Shown: piece by piece, positions 18,929-29,997 of the stretch
How the letters are laid out: each line of letters begins with the position of its first letter
How positions within the stretch are numbered: the stretch's first letter is position 1
Sequence record: SRR22947725_5541
Reading direction: 5' to 3' (one strand)
Length of the DNA: 56,283 bases
Program-made: the position numbers and the translations under genes
The notes under the pieces: model-generated
What the model saw: the letters and a program-made list of their open reading frames with translations, nothing else
The model's database searches: none
Told to the model about the DNA's origin: nothing

Positions 18929-19402
18929 TTACCTCGCCCATTCTTTGAAAGGATATTTGGCGAGCATGGCGTTGAAGTAGCGGGGGTCGCCGGAAACTTC
19001 CTTTGTAACCCATTCGGGCAGGGAGATTTGTTGATCGACTGTTTCCAATTCCACTTCGGCCAGGATAAGACCTTTGTTGTCGCCTTCAAATGCATCAATT
19101 TCCCAAAGCATGCCCTGGTAGCGAACGTAATGCCGGATTTTCTTGACGATACTCGAGTCACAATAATGACTGAGCATGTGATGAGCATCTGCTAACGGGA
19201 TTTCATATTCAAATTCATCGCGTTGGATGCCTTCGCGTTTGGTCTTCATGGTCAGGAATCCTTTTTCCCCCATGAGACGTACCCTTACCGAACAAGCCGA
19301 TTGGGTGGAAATATAACCCTGCTGGCACACCAGGCTTTTGCCTGATTGTCGCCATGCTCCCTTGGGGTCCACGAGGAATTTGCGTTCGATTTCTATGCCC
19401 AT
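18929..19402 (-). CDS. CYTH-domain (triphosphate tunnel metalloenzyme) protein
   Basis: EIERKFLV, QGY, VRVR, EFEYEIP, WEIDAF and AEVEL. Confidence 0.9.
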   Translation of the reverse strand: MGIEIERKFLVDPKGAWRQSGKSLVCQQGYISTQSACSVRVRLMGEKGFLTMKTKREGIQRDEFEYEIPLADAHHMLSHYCDSSIVKKIRHYVRYQGMLWEIDAFEGDNKGLILAEVELETVDQQISLPEWVTKEVSGDPRYFNAMLAKYPFKEWAR

Positions 19403-19733
19403 TTTAAAATGACGTTTCAGGGGAGTGAATGGAAGTCGATAACTGATGTTTTGAAAAGTATTTGCCCTTCATGCGCTGCAAAGCCTCAGTCGATAAGTGC
19501 AGCGCTGAATCATGCAAAGCCTGACACCAGGAGTTGTAGTTTGATCTCGATTTTCCCACGGCTATTGTCAACGTATCCTGATAAATACTTAATGTGCTTG
19601 CCTGAGCAAATCGAGCGCAGAATTGTTACAAAATTTGGCTTGGGTTCAGCATTCGTGGTGATTCTCCCTGAAACAGGCTAGTTCTTGCCTGTTTCCTCTT
19701 GCTGAAATGAAAGACGTTCTTCAACCTTTGCTC

Positions 19734-20021
19734 ATGTCGAAGACGGATTTTGATATTCATTATGTGGCCAAGTTAGCTCGTTTGGAATTGACCGAGGAGG
19801 AAGAGGGAACTTTTGGACGCCAAATTGGCAAGGTCATTGACTACATTGAACAATTACAGCAATTGGACGTGACCAATGTGGAGCCTACCGCTCACCCTGT
19901 CCCTCTGACTAATGTGACACGGCCTGATGAGGTAAGAAAATCCCTGACCAATGACGAGGCATTGATGAACGCGCCCGCCAAAGGGAACGGGTTATTCATG
20001 GTGCCCAAAATTGTTGAGTAA
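19734..20021 (+). CDS. gatC: Asp/Glu-tRNA amidotransferase subunit C
   Basis: YVAKLARL, LDVTNVEPT, RPD and FMVPKIVE. Lies directly before gatA. Confidence 0.93.
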   Translation: MSKTDFDIHYVAKLARLELTEEEEGTFGRQIGKVIDYIEQLQQLDVTNVEPTAHPVPLTNVTRPDEVRKSLTNDEALMNAPAKGNGLFMVPKIVE

Positions 20022-20051
20022 ACCGACCACAGACCTATTTCCAAAAACAAC

Positions 20052-21512
20052 ATGGATACCCACGAATCGATTTCTTCCCTTCAAGCCCGCCTCCAGCAAG
20101 GAGAAACCACCTCCCGTGATATTGTTTCTACTTACTTAAACCGTATTGAAGCATCCAACTCGGAGCTCAACGCACTCATCCATGTGGACACGGATGGAGC
20201 CCTAGCTCAGGCGGATGCGGCTGATAAAGCCCTGGCAGCCAATCCAAAAACCACTGACAAACCCTTGATTGGTTTGCCGGTGGCCATCAAAGCCAACATT
20301 GCCGAGAAGGGGCAGCCATTGACATGTGCTTCCAAGATGCTGGAGAACTTTGTAGCACCTTATGACGCCACGGTAGTCAGCAAGCTGAAGGATGCTGGTG
20401 CGGTTATCATCGGGCGGGCTAATCTGGACGAGTTTGCCATGGGAAGTTCGACAGAGAATTCGAGCAGCGGTGTGACTCGGAATCCTTGGAGCAAAGAGCA
20501 CATTCCTGGTGGATCATCGGGCGGATCAGCCGCGGCGGTATCTGCAGGTTACTGCGCGGGGTCATTGGGGTCTGATACAGGGGGATCCATCAGGCAGCCA
20601 GCTTCGTTTTGTGGTTGCGTTGGAATGAAGCCCAGCTACGGGAGGGTTTCACGTTTTGGATTAACCGCGTTTGCCTCGTCGCTGGATCAAATTGGCCCAC
20701 TCACTTTGGGGGTTCGAGACGCAGCCACCATGCTCAACGTCATTGCTGGCCATGATGAACTTGACTCCACCAGTGTGCCTCAGGATGTTGAAGATTTCAC
20801 TCAAACTCTGGGGGAGGACATCAAAGGTTTGAAGGTAGGTTTACCGAAGGAATATTTTGTTGATGGAATGGATCCGCAGGTTAAGTCCGCAGTGGATGCA
20901 GCCATAGTTCAATACAGCAAACTGGGGGCTGAGATTGAAGAAGTTTCTCTCCCTCACACTGATTATGCCATCGCCACTTATTACATCATCTGTACTGCCG
21001 AGGCCAGTGCCAACCTCGCCCGTTTTGATGGTATTCGCTATGGGGCGAGGGTTGACGGGAAAGATCCAGTTGAATTGTATTCCAAGACGCGTGGAGCCGG
21101 ATTTGGATCAGAGGTTAAGCGTCGTATTATGCTCGGAACGTATGTTTTAAGCAGTGGTTATTATGATGCTTACTACTTGCGTGCTCAAAAGGTACGAACG
21201 CTGATTCGACAAGATTTTCAAAAAGCATTTGAAAAAGTTGATATACTGCTCACGCCAACAGTCCCAACACCCGCTTTCAAAATAGGTGAGAAATCCATGG
21301 ACCCGTTGCAGATGTACCTGACTGATATCTTTACGATTTCCTCCAACCTGGTTGGCAACTGTGGGATCAGTCTACCCTGTGGGTTTTCGGAAAACCCCGA
21401 ATTGCCCATTGGCTTGCAGCTCATGGGCAAATCCTTTGAAGAATCCAAATTGCTGAAGTCAGCTTACGCCTTCGAGCAAAGCACTGACTGGCATCAGGCC
21501 TCTCCCAGATAA
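20052..21512 (+). CDS. gatA: Asp/Glu-tRNA amidotransferase subunit A
   Basis: Amidase signature [10 protein letters not shown] and [12 protein letters not shown], plus [11 protein letters not shown] and [22 protein letters not shown]. Confidence 0.96.
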   Translation: MDTHESISSLQARLQQGETTSRDIVSTYLNRIEASNSELNALIHVDTDGALAQADAADKALAANPKTTDKPLIGLPVAIKANIAEKGQPLTCASKMLENFVAPYDATVVSKLKDAGAVIIGRANLDEFAMGSSTENSSSGVTRNPWSKEHIPGGSSGGSAAAVSAGYCAGSLGSDTGGSIRQPASFCGCVGMKPSYGRVSRFGLTAFASSLDQIGPLTLGVRDAATMLNVIAGHDELDSTSVPQDVEDFTQTLGEDIKGLKVGLPKEYFVDGMDPQVKSAVDAAIVQYSKLGAEIEEVSLPHTDYAIATYYIICTAEASANLARFDGIRYGARVDGKDPVELYSKTRGAGFGSEVKRRIMLGTYVLSSGYYDAYYLRAQKVRTLIRQDFQKAFEKVDILLTPTVPTPAFKIGEKSMDPLQMYLTDIFTISSNLVGNCGISLPCGFSENPELPIGLQLMGKSFEESKLLKSAYAFEQSTDWHQASPR

Positions 21513-21583
21513 CGGCAATTGTTTACGATGTCTGATGCCAGCGAACTGATCGGAGTCGAGGGTAATACAAAACGCTGGCTGAG

Positions 21584-22486
21584 CTACTCCTTTGGCCGGG
21601 TGACATGGGATCCGCTCCAATGCATTTTCTGTCGAAGGGTGTTGAAAAAGGAATTTTCGGGTAAGTTGAGTATTTGAACCTGATCGGGAATGGCGTGGAT
21701 GCGCACCTGGTCATTTGGGGCGAGTTCAATTTGTTTTTGGCCATCTGCTGTCAAAACAGTTTCGACTCTGGTGCTTAATATGCGAACTTCAATGGTTGAT
21801 TGCATACCCACAATGACGGATCGATTTGAGAGGGTGTGAGGGCAGATCGGCGTCAGTGTGAACACATTGGCGCCAGGGGATACAACGGCTCCGCCAGCGG
21901 AGAGGGAATATGCGGTTGAGCCTGTGGGAGTGCTTATGATGAATCCATCGCATCTGTATTGGGTCAGCAATTGACCATCAACAATGACTTCAAGTTCAAT
22001 CATGCGGGAAGCCATGCCTCGACTGATCACGAAATCATTGACTGCTGTCAGATCATTTGTGCTTTCGTTTTCACCTGTTAAATGAGATCGGATGTATGGT
22101 CGTTTATCCAAACTGAGTTGACCTTTCCAAACCTTCTGAAGCGTGGCTTCCAAGTCTTCGACAGGGGCCGCGGTCAAGAAACCAAGCCCTCCAGTGTTGA
22201 TCCCCAGAAGTGGGGTCGGAGTGCCTTGTAAGGATCTTGCAGCATGTAACATTGTGCCATCACCGCCAAACACGATCAAGACGTCGGATCGCTCAGCGGT
22301 TTCCCTGATCACCTCCATACCCTCGGTTTGAAAGGCATCAACCGACAAGAGATGGTCTTCATAAACGACTTCTCTGCCGGAAGCCTGGATGAGACGGCGA
22401 GCTTGCTCAATGGCCTGCTTCCATACGGGCTTTCCTGGATTTGCGACCAATCCAATCCGCTCTGTTTTGAATTCAGTATTTTTCAA
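21584..22486 (-). CDS. nadK: NAD kinase
   Basis: GGDGTML, GINTGGLGFL, ND, DG, STPTGSTAYSLSAGG and PICPHTL. Confidence 0.95.
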   Translation of the reverse strand: MKNTEFKTERIGLVANPGKPVWKQAIEQARRLIQASGREVVYEDHLLSVDAFQTEGMEVIRETAERSDVLIVFGGDGTMLHAARSLQGTPTPLLGINTGGLGFLTAAPVEDLEATLQKVWKGQLSLDKRPYIRSHLTGENESTNDLTAVNDFVISRGMASRMIELEVIVDGQLLTQYRCDGFIISTPTGSTAYSLSAGGAVVSPGANVFTLTPICPHTLSNRSVIVGMQSTIEVRILSTRVETVLTADGQKQIELAPNDQVRIHAIPDQVQILNLPENSFFNTLRQKMHWSGSHVTRPKE

Positions 22487-23216
22487 GCCAGACTAAAAAT
22501 TCTTTGTTACCTGCGGGGCCAAGTATCGGTGATTCGACGATTCCCTTCCAATTCAAACCCAGCTCTTCTGTGGTAAACTGATGAAGTGAGTGAATGATTT
22601 GATCATGTATATTTGGATCTCTAATCACGCCACGTCCCTTGTCCGCTTCCTCTTTACCTGCTTCAAATTGGGGTTTGATCAATGCGACGACATTACCATC
22701 ACGCTCCAGCAATGCAACTGCTGGTGGAAGAATGTGCTTGAGTGAAATAAACGAGCAGTCCACCACAATCAGGTCGATCTCACCGGGTAAATGTTTTTTA
22801 TTCAGGTGCCGGGCATTGGTTTTTTCCATCACCACCACGCGATTATCTGTTCTCAATTTCCAAGCTAATTGTCCCTGACCAACATCTATGGCGAATACTT
22901 TGGAGACGCCGCGCTGCAGTAAACAATCGGTGAATCCACCTGTGGATGCGCCAAGGTCGGCTGCCATTGCGTCTTGAACATTCAGTTTAAAGTGCTCGAG
23001 TGCATGATCCAGCTTGAGACCGCCTCTGGAAACAAACGGATCTTGTTCTTTTAACTTTAAATTCGCATCAGGGCGTACTTGTTGCCCCGGTTTGGTTGCG
23101 GGTTGATCTTCAACCATCACCTGCCCAGCCATAACGGCGCGCTTGGCGCGTTCGCGGCTTCCAAAGAAACCTCGATCCACCAAAATCTGATCCAGTCTTT
23201 TGCGGTGACCATTCAC
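22473..23216 (-). CDS. tlyA: TlyA-family RNA methyltransferase (S4 plus FtsJ-like domains)
   Basis: [30 protein letters not shown] and [13 protein letters not shown]. Likely GTG start at 23216. Confidence 0.92.
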   Translation of the reverse strand: MNGHRKRLDQILVDRGFFGSRERAKRAVMAGQVMVEDQPATKPGQQVRPDANLKLKEQDPFVSRGGLKLDHALEHFKLNVQDAMAADLGASTGGFTDCLLQRGVSKVFAIDVGQGQLAWKLRTDNRVVVMEKTNARHLNKKHLPGEIDLIVVDCSFISLKHILPPAVALLERDGNVVALIKPQFEAGKEEADKGRGVIRDPNIHDQIIHSLHQFTTEELGLNWKGIVESPILGPAGNKEFLVWLEKY

Positions 23217-23316
23217 GACGAAACAACTTAAAGGTTCTCGGGCGCCTGTGCAATGTATCCGCGGAATATGTTCTTTCACATGGATCATCCGTTGTGCCAT
23301 ATTCTTCTTCAAACCC

Positions 23317-24738
23317 ATGAAGATATTGAACAAACCCATCAGCATTCTGGCTCTGATATGCATTTCTTTTAGTGGAGTGAAGGCAGGTTCCCGCCCGAAC
23401 GTTCTTCTCATCTGTGTTGATGACCTGCGCCCTGAATTAAATTGTTTTGGTAAGTCCTATATCCATTCCCCCAACATTGACCGGCTGGCATCTCAAGGGA
23501 GAGCATTCCTGAGTCACTATGTGCAAGCACCTACATGCGGCGCATCGAGGAATACCCTGTTAACCGGACGATATGGCTGGCCAGGAAATGATGCATTGTT
23601 TCGTCGTGCAAAAAAACTCAAGGATCAGCCGAGTTCGATTCATCCAACCATGCCTGCCTGGTTTCGCATGAATGGTTACACGTCTGTTTCTGTTGGTAAA
23701 GTTTCACATCATCCCGGAGGCCTGGGTGGTGCGGATTGGGATGATCCTGATCTACTCGAAATGCCGGATTCATGGGACCGTCATTTATTACCAGCCGGAC
23801 CATGGCTGCATCCAAGAGGTTGGATGCACGGATTGGCAAAGGGTGAAATACGAGTGAAAGCTCAAGACATGGATGTTTTCCAATCTACAGAAGGAGATGA
23901 CACCATCTATCCAGACGGAATTTCAGTGGATGAATCCTTGAGGCAAATAGAAGAACTTGCTTCGAATCCGTCCAAACCTTTTTTTCTGGCGGTGGGCATC
24001 CTGCGTCCTCATCTTCCGTTCGGAGCGCCGGCTAAGTATCTAGCGCCTTATGAAAATGTTGAATTACCTCCCACACCTCACCCCGAGAAACCAAGCGGCA
24101 AAACAACTTGGCATGGGTCAGGTGAGTTCATGAAATACAATCGATGGGGGCGAAACCCCAACAAGGATGTTGATTTTGCGATGGAGGTCAGGAAGCATTA
24201 TGCTGCCTGTGTGACCTATGCCGATGCGCAGGTGGGACGTCTCCTGAATCAGCTTGAAAAGAGCAGCGTATCTCAAAACACCATCGTCATACTATGGGGC
24301 GATCATGGGTGGCATCTTGGAGAACATTCAATTTGGGGGAAGCATGCTCTGTTTGAAGAATCCCTCAGGTCGCCATTGATCGTGTCCTATCCGGGCATCA
24401 ACCAGCCTGGTGAAGTAACTCAATCCATGGTAGAAACACTGGACCTTTTCCCGACATTGTGCGAATTAACGGATCTGCCGATGCCTGATTTTGCCAATGG
24501 AGTCTCATTAAAACCACAATTGGAGGATCCAAATGCTCCCGGTCATCCAGCCGTTGCTTACACCAGAAAGGCCAGGACAATTCGTCATGGCTCGCATCGA
24601 ATGATCCTCCACAAGGATGGTTTCGTGGAATTGTATGATCATTCAAGTGCTGAAAAAGAAACCAGAAATATTGCATCTGGAAATGAAGCGCTCGTGACTC
24701 GTCTCTCGATGAGATTATCGCAGAGATTGCAAGAATGA
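23317..24738 (+). CDS. Secreted formylglycine-dependent sulfatase (iduronate-2-sulfatase/choline sulfatase-like)
   Basis: Signal peptide, [44 protein letters not shown] and WGKH. Confidence 0.9.
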   Translation: MKILNKPISILALICISFSGVKAGSRPNVLLICVDDLRPELNCFGKSYIHSPNIDRLASQGRAFLSHYVQAPTCGASRNTLLTGRYGWPGNDALFRRAKKLKDQPSSIHPTMPAWFRMNGYTSVSVGKVSHHPGGLGGADWDDPDLLEMPDSWDRHLLPAGPWLHPRGWMHGLAKGEIRVKAQDMDVFQSTEGDDTIYPDGISVDESLRQIEELASNPSKPFFLAVGILRPHLPFGAPAKYLAPYENVELPPTPHPEKPSGKTTWHGSGEFMKYNRWGRNPNKDVDFAMEVRKHYAACVTYADAQVGRLLNQLEKSSVSQNTIVILWGDHGWHLGEHSIWGKHALFEESLRSPLIVSYPGINQPGEVTQSMVETLDLFPTLCELTDLPMPDFANGVSLKPQLEDPNAPGHPAVAYTRKARTIRHGSHRMILHKDGFVELYDHSSAEKETRNIASGNEALVTRLSMRLSQRLQE

Positions 24739-24774
24739 TTCTTGCGGCCGAGTTTCAATCAATCTGCTCAATAT

Positions 24775-26220
24775 CTAAAATTTCAAAGATTCCACAGCAG
24801 CAGTCGCAGCCTGCATCAATCTTTCAGGCATGATTCCTAGATAGATGATCACGACACTACACACCCAAAGAGCGGCGTTGGAAGCAGGGGAAATCTGGAT
24901 ATCTTCTGGAATCATTTGTTGTTTTCCCCAGTAGATCGTCCGAATGACGCCAAAGTAATAATACAAAGAAATCACCACTCCGACGATGGCTACGGCGGCC
25001 AGTAAATAATAACTTGATTGTGCAGAAGCTTGTTCGATCACTGCTTCAAACAATAAGAATTTGCCGAAGAAACCTGCCAGTGGGGGAATGCCCGCCAAAG
25101 AAACCATTGAAAGGGTCATGACGCCAGCCAGACCCGGTGCACGTTCGTGTAGCTTGGCGAGGTGAACAATGTCCTCAGCGCCTGTGTGCTTCATGACCAG
25201 AATAATGATCAGGAATGCAGCAATAACCGTGAACATATAGCTATACAGATAATACAGGATGGCGGTTGAACCAGAGGCGCTCATGGCTGCTATCCCCATC
25301 ATCAAGTAACCAGCATTTGCGATGCTTGAGTAACCCAGTAAACGCTTTAAATTACGCTGGGGAAGGGCGCAGAGGTTGCCATACAGGATAGTGATTCCCG
25401 CAATGACCATCAACAGTTTCTCCCATTGCAAGGTGATGTCAGGAACTGCCACAAAAAGTAGACGCATCAGAAGAGCAAATCCGGCGGCTTTTGAGCCGAC
25501 AGCGAGAAATGCAGTCGTTGATGAAGGCGACCCCTGGTAAACATCAGGCGCCCAAAATTGAAAAGGGAAGGCAGCAATCTTGAATCCAAGACCACCGATG
25601 ATCATCAGCAGTCCCACAAGCAGGAGTGGATTATCGGTCATGAGAGCTGATTTTTCCCTCAAAGTGGCAAAATCCATCGTGCTGGTTGTCCCATAAACCA
25701 GCGCGATTCCGTAAACAAGGAATCCCGATGAAAGTGCTCCCAGGATGAGGTATTTGATACCGGCTTCAAGCGAGAGTATCTGGTTGCGAAGGAAGCTCGT
25801 CAGGACATAAAAGGTGATGGTCATTAACTCCATGGAGACAAATAACAGAGCAAAATGATTTGCAGAGGCCGAAAACATCATACCGGCCAACGCAAAGAGC
25901 ACGAGCGTGAAGTACTCTCCCTTGCCTGTCTGGAACTTAGGGGAATATTCGATCGATACAATCATCACCAGGATGGCAGCTATCAGGAAGAAGCGCTTAA
26001 AGAAAAGCGCGAAAGCGTCAAGGATGTACATGTCGCCAAAAGCCAAAGTGGCCGGATTCCCGGACATGCTGAAACTGCCAAACAGAATCAAAGTAAGACC
26101 TGCGGCTGCGGCATATCCGAGCCAGATCTTTTTTTCTCGAGGTAACCAGAGATCAGCGAGCATGACAGCGATGCCCAGTCCGATCACGGCTATTTCTAAT
26201 ATGGATGCTGCGATATTCAT
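24775..26220 (-). CDS. nuoN: NADH-quinone oxidoreductase subunit N
   Basis: EAGIKYLILGA, FKIAAFPFQFWAPDVYQG, KRLLGYSSI and GIPPLAGFFGK. Confidence 0.95.
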   Translation of the reverse strand: MNIAASILEIAVIGLGIAVMLADLWLPREKKIWLGYAAAAGLTLILFGSFSMSGNPATLAFGDMYILDAFALFFKRFFLIAAILVMIVSIEYSPKFQTGKGEYFTLVLFALAGMMFSASANHFALLFVSMELMTITFYVLTSFLRNQILSLEAGIKYLILGALSSGFLVYGIALVYGTTSTMDFATLREKSALMTDNPLLLVGLLMIIGGLGFKIAAFPFQFWAPDVYQGSPSSTTAFLAVGSKAAGFALLMRLLFVAVPDITLQWEKLLMVIAGITILYGNLCALPQRNLKRLLGYSSIANAGYLMMGIAAMSASGSTAILYYLYSYMFTVIAAFLIIILVMKHTGAEDIVHLAKLHERAPGLAGVMTLSMVSLAGIPPLAGFFGKFLLFEAVIEQASAQSSYYLLAAVAIVGVVISLYYYFGVIRTIYWGKQQMIPEDIQISPASNAALWVCSVVIIYLGIMPERLMQAATAAVESLKF

Positions 26221-26247
26221 CGAAAAAAATGGATACAATCTAAAGTT

Positions 26248-27813
26248 TTAATCCTGCCCGGCCAATTGGATATCCAATCCTGTTTTAACAGATTCTTCAG
26301 CAAGATTGGTTTGTTGATCTTGAGTGCCAGCTTCTATTGACTTCACCACCTCCGCTACGGAAGTGCGAATTTTATCTGTCAAGAGGCTAGGGAAAATTCC
26401 AAACAATAACAGTGAAGCCACCAGAAGAACATAGGGAAGTTTGATCCAGTAATTTGCGGCATCTTGCAAAGGTAGCGTGTCGTTTGCTACAGGGCCGTGC
26501 AACATTTTCCTCACTGCTCTGAGTGCATATACAGCACCAATGATCAAAGCTCCCCAGGCGGTGCCGGTTACGAACCATGGTAGAGATTTCCAGGCACCAA
26601 AGAGAACGGTGATTTCTCCTGCAAAGTTTGCGAAACCGGGTAACCCGCAGCCAGCCATCATGGCCATGACAAGTAAACTGCCCATGAACGGCATCTGCCT
26701 GAGAGCACCACCGTATTGATCCATATCCAAGGTTTTCTTCTGGTCGTAAAGGTATCCGCTCAGTCCAAAAGAGAGTGCGGCGAGAAAACCATGCGCGATC
26801 ATGACGAGTACTGCACCGCTGATGCCAATCAAGTTCATGCTTGCAATGCCAAGAAAGACAAAACCCATGTGAGCCACGCTGGAATTACCAATGAGCTTGT
26901 TCAGATTTTTCTGGCGCATGGCGACCCAACCACAATAAAGAATATTGCCCATGCACAACCATGCGAGTACTTCCAGCCAGGCCTGCGCACCCTGAGGCAC
27001 GAGAGGAAGGGCTATTCTGATCAGTCCATAAATACCAAATTTCTTAAGAACACCCGCGTGCAACATGGCCGTTGCGGTTGGCGCCGCACCATAACCAACA
27101 GGTGCCCAGGTGTGAAAAGGCCAGAGTGAAACCAGGATGCCAAAGCCAAACAAAAGGAACCCGAAAATGGTTGTTTGAGCATCTGCTGAAATCGGGTTGT
27201 TGCGCAGTTGCTCCTGAAGAGCGATCAAGTCAAAGGTTTTCGCACCCGACTGAACGTATAACAACACCAAGCCAACCAGAGCTACCAAGGCACCCAGAGT
27301 CAGGTAAAGCGTCATTTTGTAGGTGGCATAATCCTTGTTCTTACCACGGCCCCAGACACCAATCATGATGAAGGTGGGAACCAGTGCTAGCTCATGGAAA
27401 AAGTAGAAGAAGAAAATGTCGATGGACATGAAGGTGCCCATGATACCCGCGATCATGATGAGCATGAGGAAATGAAATTCCTTTGTACGATCCTGAATAC
27501 TTCGAGAAACGCAAACTGCTGCAAAGCTGACAATGGAACCCATGAGGATCAAACCGATATTGATGCCATCCGCACCGACCTGATAATTGATATCCAACGC
27601 CGTGACCCAGGCCACCTTTTGATAAAACTTGTAACCGCCAGGGCCTGCTTCAGCACCGTTGAACGATAAAAATGCGAGGATGGCACAGAGCAAGGGTAAC
27701 GCCGTCGATGCAAGCGCAACCGCACGGATGAGTCCTTTTGCAGATTTAGGGAGCAAGGCAACCAGTCCGGCGCCGAACAGGGGTAAAAACAGGATGAAGG
27801 TTAAAATAGACAT
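26248..27813 (-). CDS. nuoM: NADH-quinone oxidoreductase subunit M
   Basis: GADG, FFYFFHELALVP, PFHTW, SSVAHMG, AHG and GLPGFANFAGE. Start moved to MSILTF. Confidence 0.93.
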   Translation of the reverse strand: MSILTFILFLPLFGAGLVALLPKSAKGLIRAVALASTALPLLCAILAFLSFNGAEAGPGGYKFYQKVAWVTALDINYQVGADGINIGLILMGSIVSFAAVCVSRSIQDRTKEFHFLMLIMIAGIMGTFMSIDIFFFYFFHELALVPTFIMIGVWGRGKNKDYATYKMTLYLTLGALVALVGLVLLYVQSGAKTFDLIALQEQLRNNPISADAQTTIFGFLLFGFGILVSLWPFHTWAPVGYGAAPTATAMLHAGVLKKFGIYGLIRIALPLVPQGAQAWLEVLAWLCMGNILYCGWVAMRQKNLNKLIGNSSVAHMGFVFLGIASMNLIGISGAVLVMIAHGFLAALSFGLSGYLYDQKKTLDMDQYGGALRQMPFMGSLLVMAMMAGCGLPGFANFAGEITVLFGAWKSLPWFVTGTAWGALIIGAVYALRAVRKMLHGPVANDTLPLQDAANYWIKLPYVLLVASLLLFGIFPSLLTDKIRTSVAEVVKSIEAGTQDQQTNLAEESVKTGLDIQLAGQD

Positions 27814-27818
27814 GAGTG

Positions 27819-29669
27819 TTACAGAACTCCTCCCATCACAAAAAACATCACCAGAGCGATGCCTACCACGAACAGGAATGCGTAAGTGTGAATGCTCCCA
27901 GTTTGGAACAATCGAAGACCTCGACCAAAGACATCCACTACGTTTGACAAGCCTTTGACGATGAAGCTGCTCAAAAGGATTCGATCCACCCATTCAGCAA
28001 GCTTGGAAACAGCTTCGTGAGTGACATAGATCAAGCCGTTGAATATTTCATCGAAATAAAGTCTGTTCTTCAAAGCAGTGGACAAGCCATGCAGACGATT
28101 TGCAATCGGATCAGACTCAGCCTTCGAATAAAGCGACCAAGCAACACTTCCGCCGATGAGCAAAGCCAGAACGCTGAAGGCCATTGCGAGAGGCGCCTGA
28201 GTGTGTCCCCCTGCATGATTCAAACCGGCTACATGGTTCACTGCAGACTCAATCGGTAGAAAACCGGCAAACAATGTAGGAATGACCAGGATCCAGAGGG
28301 GGCCGGTCATCACCGAGGGAGATTCATGTGAGTGATCGGCAGCCTCGGAACGGTGTTTGCCGTGAAATGCGACGAGGACCAGGCGCGCCATGTAAAGCGT
28401 TGTCAAAACTGCCGCCAGCACACCAATGGCAAAAAGAAACATACTGCCATGATGCCTGAAGTCTGCCGCAGCAGCCAGGATGCCGTCTTTGCTGAAGAAA
28501 CCACTCAAAGGAGGTACTCCGCAAAGTGCGAGAGTGCCGATCAGGAATGTCTTGTAGGTTGCTGGCATCTTTTCCTTCAATCCACCCATTTTCCAGATAT
28601 CCTGTTCATGGTGCAGAGCATGGATCACGGATCCCGCTCCGAGGAAAAGCATAGCTTTGAAAAAGGCATGCGTCGTCAAGTGAAACATTGCAGCGCCAGG
28701 CGCATGCACTCCAACCGCCATGACCATGTATCCCAGCTGAGAAAGCGTCGAATAGGCAAGGATGCGTTTGATGTCATTCTGCTGGAGTGCGATCACGGCC
28801 GCCATCAGTGCTGTAATACCACCTGTCCAAGCGATGACTTGCAGGGCGTCAGGACTCAGTAAAAAGAAGATCCGGCAAAGCATGAAAACTCCTGCTGCAA
28901 CCATCGTCGCGGCATGGATCAAAGCACTAACCGGGGTAGGGCCCTCCATGGCGTCTGGAAGCCAGACATGCAATGGAAACTGTGCGGACTTGCCGACTGC
29001 TCCACAGAATAAAAGCACGCCCACAATGCCTGCCGTTGCTCCAAGGATTTCAGGATTGGCTTCGAAAACACCCTTCAGTTCAGCAAAGTTCAAAGAGCCT
29101 GTTGCTGCCCAAACCATAATGATACCAAGGATGAATCCGAAATCACCAATGCGATTGGTCAGGAAAGCTTTCTTGGAGGCATCCGCAGCAGCCGGGCGTT
29201 CATACCAAAATCCAATCAGCAAGTAGCTTGAAACACCCACTAATTCCCAGAAGATGAACATCTGCATGAAGTTGGAAGCCAATACGATACCCAGCATCGA
29301 AAATGTAAACAAACTCAGACTGGCAAAATAGCGGCTGTAAGAGCGGTCCCCTCGCATGTATCCCTGGGAATACCAGTGGATCAATGAACCCACTCCGGTA
29401 ACAATCAATAGCATCAGTGCACTCAGGTTATCCAGTTTGACCCCCAAGGTGGCTTGGAAGTTTCCGATTGATATCCAGGTGATGTTGGATTCTCCCGCCT
29501 CTCTTGCGCTCAGGAAAATGAGTAGGCTCATTACGAATCCCGCCAGCACGGCTCCAATGGAAATCCTCGCGCTGAGCTTGTCATTCTTGAGGGTAAAGCA
29601 TGAAATTAGCACGGTTGATACCAGAGGTAACAACAGAACCATCCAAGCCAGAATAAATGCTCCACTCAT
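27819..29669 (-). CDS. nuoL: NADH-quinone oxidoreductase subunit L
   Basis: WELVGVSSYLLIGFW, GKSAQFPLHVWLPDAMEGPTPVSALIHAATMV and THAFFKA. Confidence 0.96.
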   Translation of the reverse strand: MSGAFILAWMVLLLPLVSTVLISCFTLKNDKLSARISIGAVLAGFVMSLLIFLSAREAGESNITWISIGNFQATLGVKLDNLSALMLLIVTGVGSLIHWYSQGYMRGDRSYSRYFASLSLFTFSMLGIVLASNFMQMFIFWELVGVSSYLLIGFWYERPAAADASKKAFLTNRIGDFGFILGIIMVWAATGSLNFAELKGVFEANPEILGATAGIVGVLLFCGAVGKSAQFPLHVWLPDAMEGPTPVSALIHAATMVAAGVFMLCRIFFLLSPDALQVIAWTGGITALMAAVIALQQNDIKRILAYSTLSQLGYMVMAVGVHAPGAAMFHLTTHAFFKAMLFLGAGSVIHALHHEQDIWKMGGLKEKMPATYKTFLIGTLALCGVPPLSGFFSKDGILAAAADFRHHGSMFLFAIGVLAAVLTTLYMARLVLVAFHGKHRSEAADHSHESPSVMTGPLWILVIPTLFAGFLPIESAVNHVAGLNHAGGHTQAPLAMAFSVLALLIGGSVAWSLYSKAESDPIANRLHGLSTALKNRLYFDEIFNGLIYVTHEAVSKLAEWVDRILLSSFIVKGLSNVVDVFGRGLRLFQTGSIHTYAFLFVVGIALVMFFVMGGVL

Positions 29670-29688
29670 TTCTTGATCGATCAAATTT

Positions 29689-29991
29689 TTAAAGTTTCAA
29701 GGAGGTCAGTTCATCGACTTCCGATATTTGCCGCTTGCGGTAAAGAGCTACGATCAACGCCAAACCGACTGCGACTTCTGCTGCTGCCACCGTGATCACG
29801 AAAAAAACCATGACCTGTCCATCCACGGTGTTTGTAAATCGGGAGAAGGAAACCAGCGCCAGATTTGCCGCGTTCAGCATGAGTTCCAAACTCATGTAAA
29901 TTACGATCAGGTTGCTTCGCATCACGACTCCCATCAGCCCGAGGCCAAAGAGGATCGCACTTACGATCAGGTAATGTTCTAGTCCGATCAT
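29689..29991 (-). CDS. nuoK: NADH-quinone oxidoreductase subunit K
   Basis: ELMLNAANL and [11 protein letters not shown]. Confidence 0.95.
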   Translation of the reverse strand: MIGLEHYLIVSAILFGLGLMGVVMRSNLIVIYMSLELMLNAANLALVSFSRFTNTVDGQVMVFFVITVAAAEVAVGLALIVALYRKRQISEVDELTSLKL

Positions 29992-29997
29992 ATCTTC

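Noticed and set aside
19346-19681. 111-aa ORF upstream of gatC
   Set aside because: It overlaps the CYTH gene start on the opposite strand and spans the divergent promoter region, with no protein-like features.
23217-23411. Apparent head-to-head overlap of tlyA and the sulfatase
   Set aside because: Artefact of longest-ORF starts. Homology begins at about 23216 for tlyA and 23317 for the sulfatase.
27814-27993. N-terminal extension of NuoM overlapping nuoL; likewise the extended starts of sufS, sufT, nuoF, nuoC, actE, mlaD and the ABC ATPase
   Set aside because: Downstream ATGs give normal operon spacing and family-typical N-termini.
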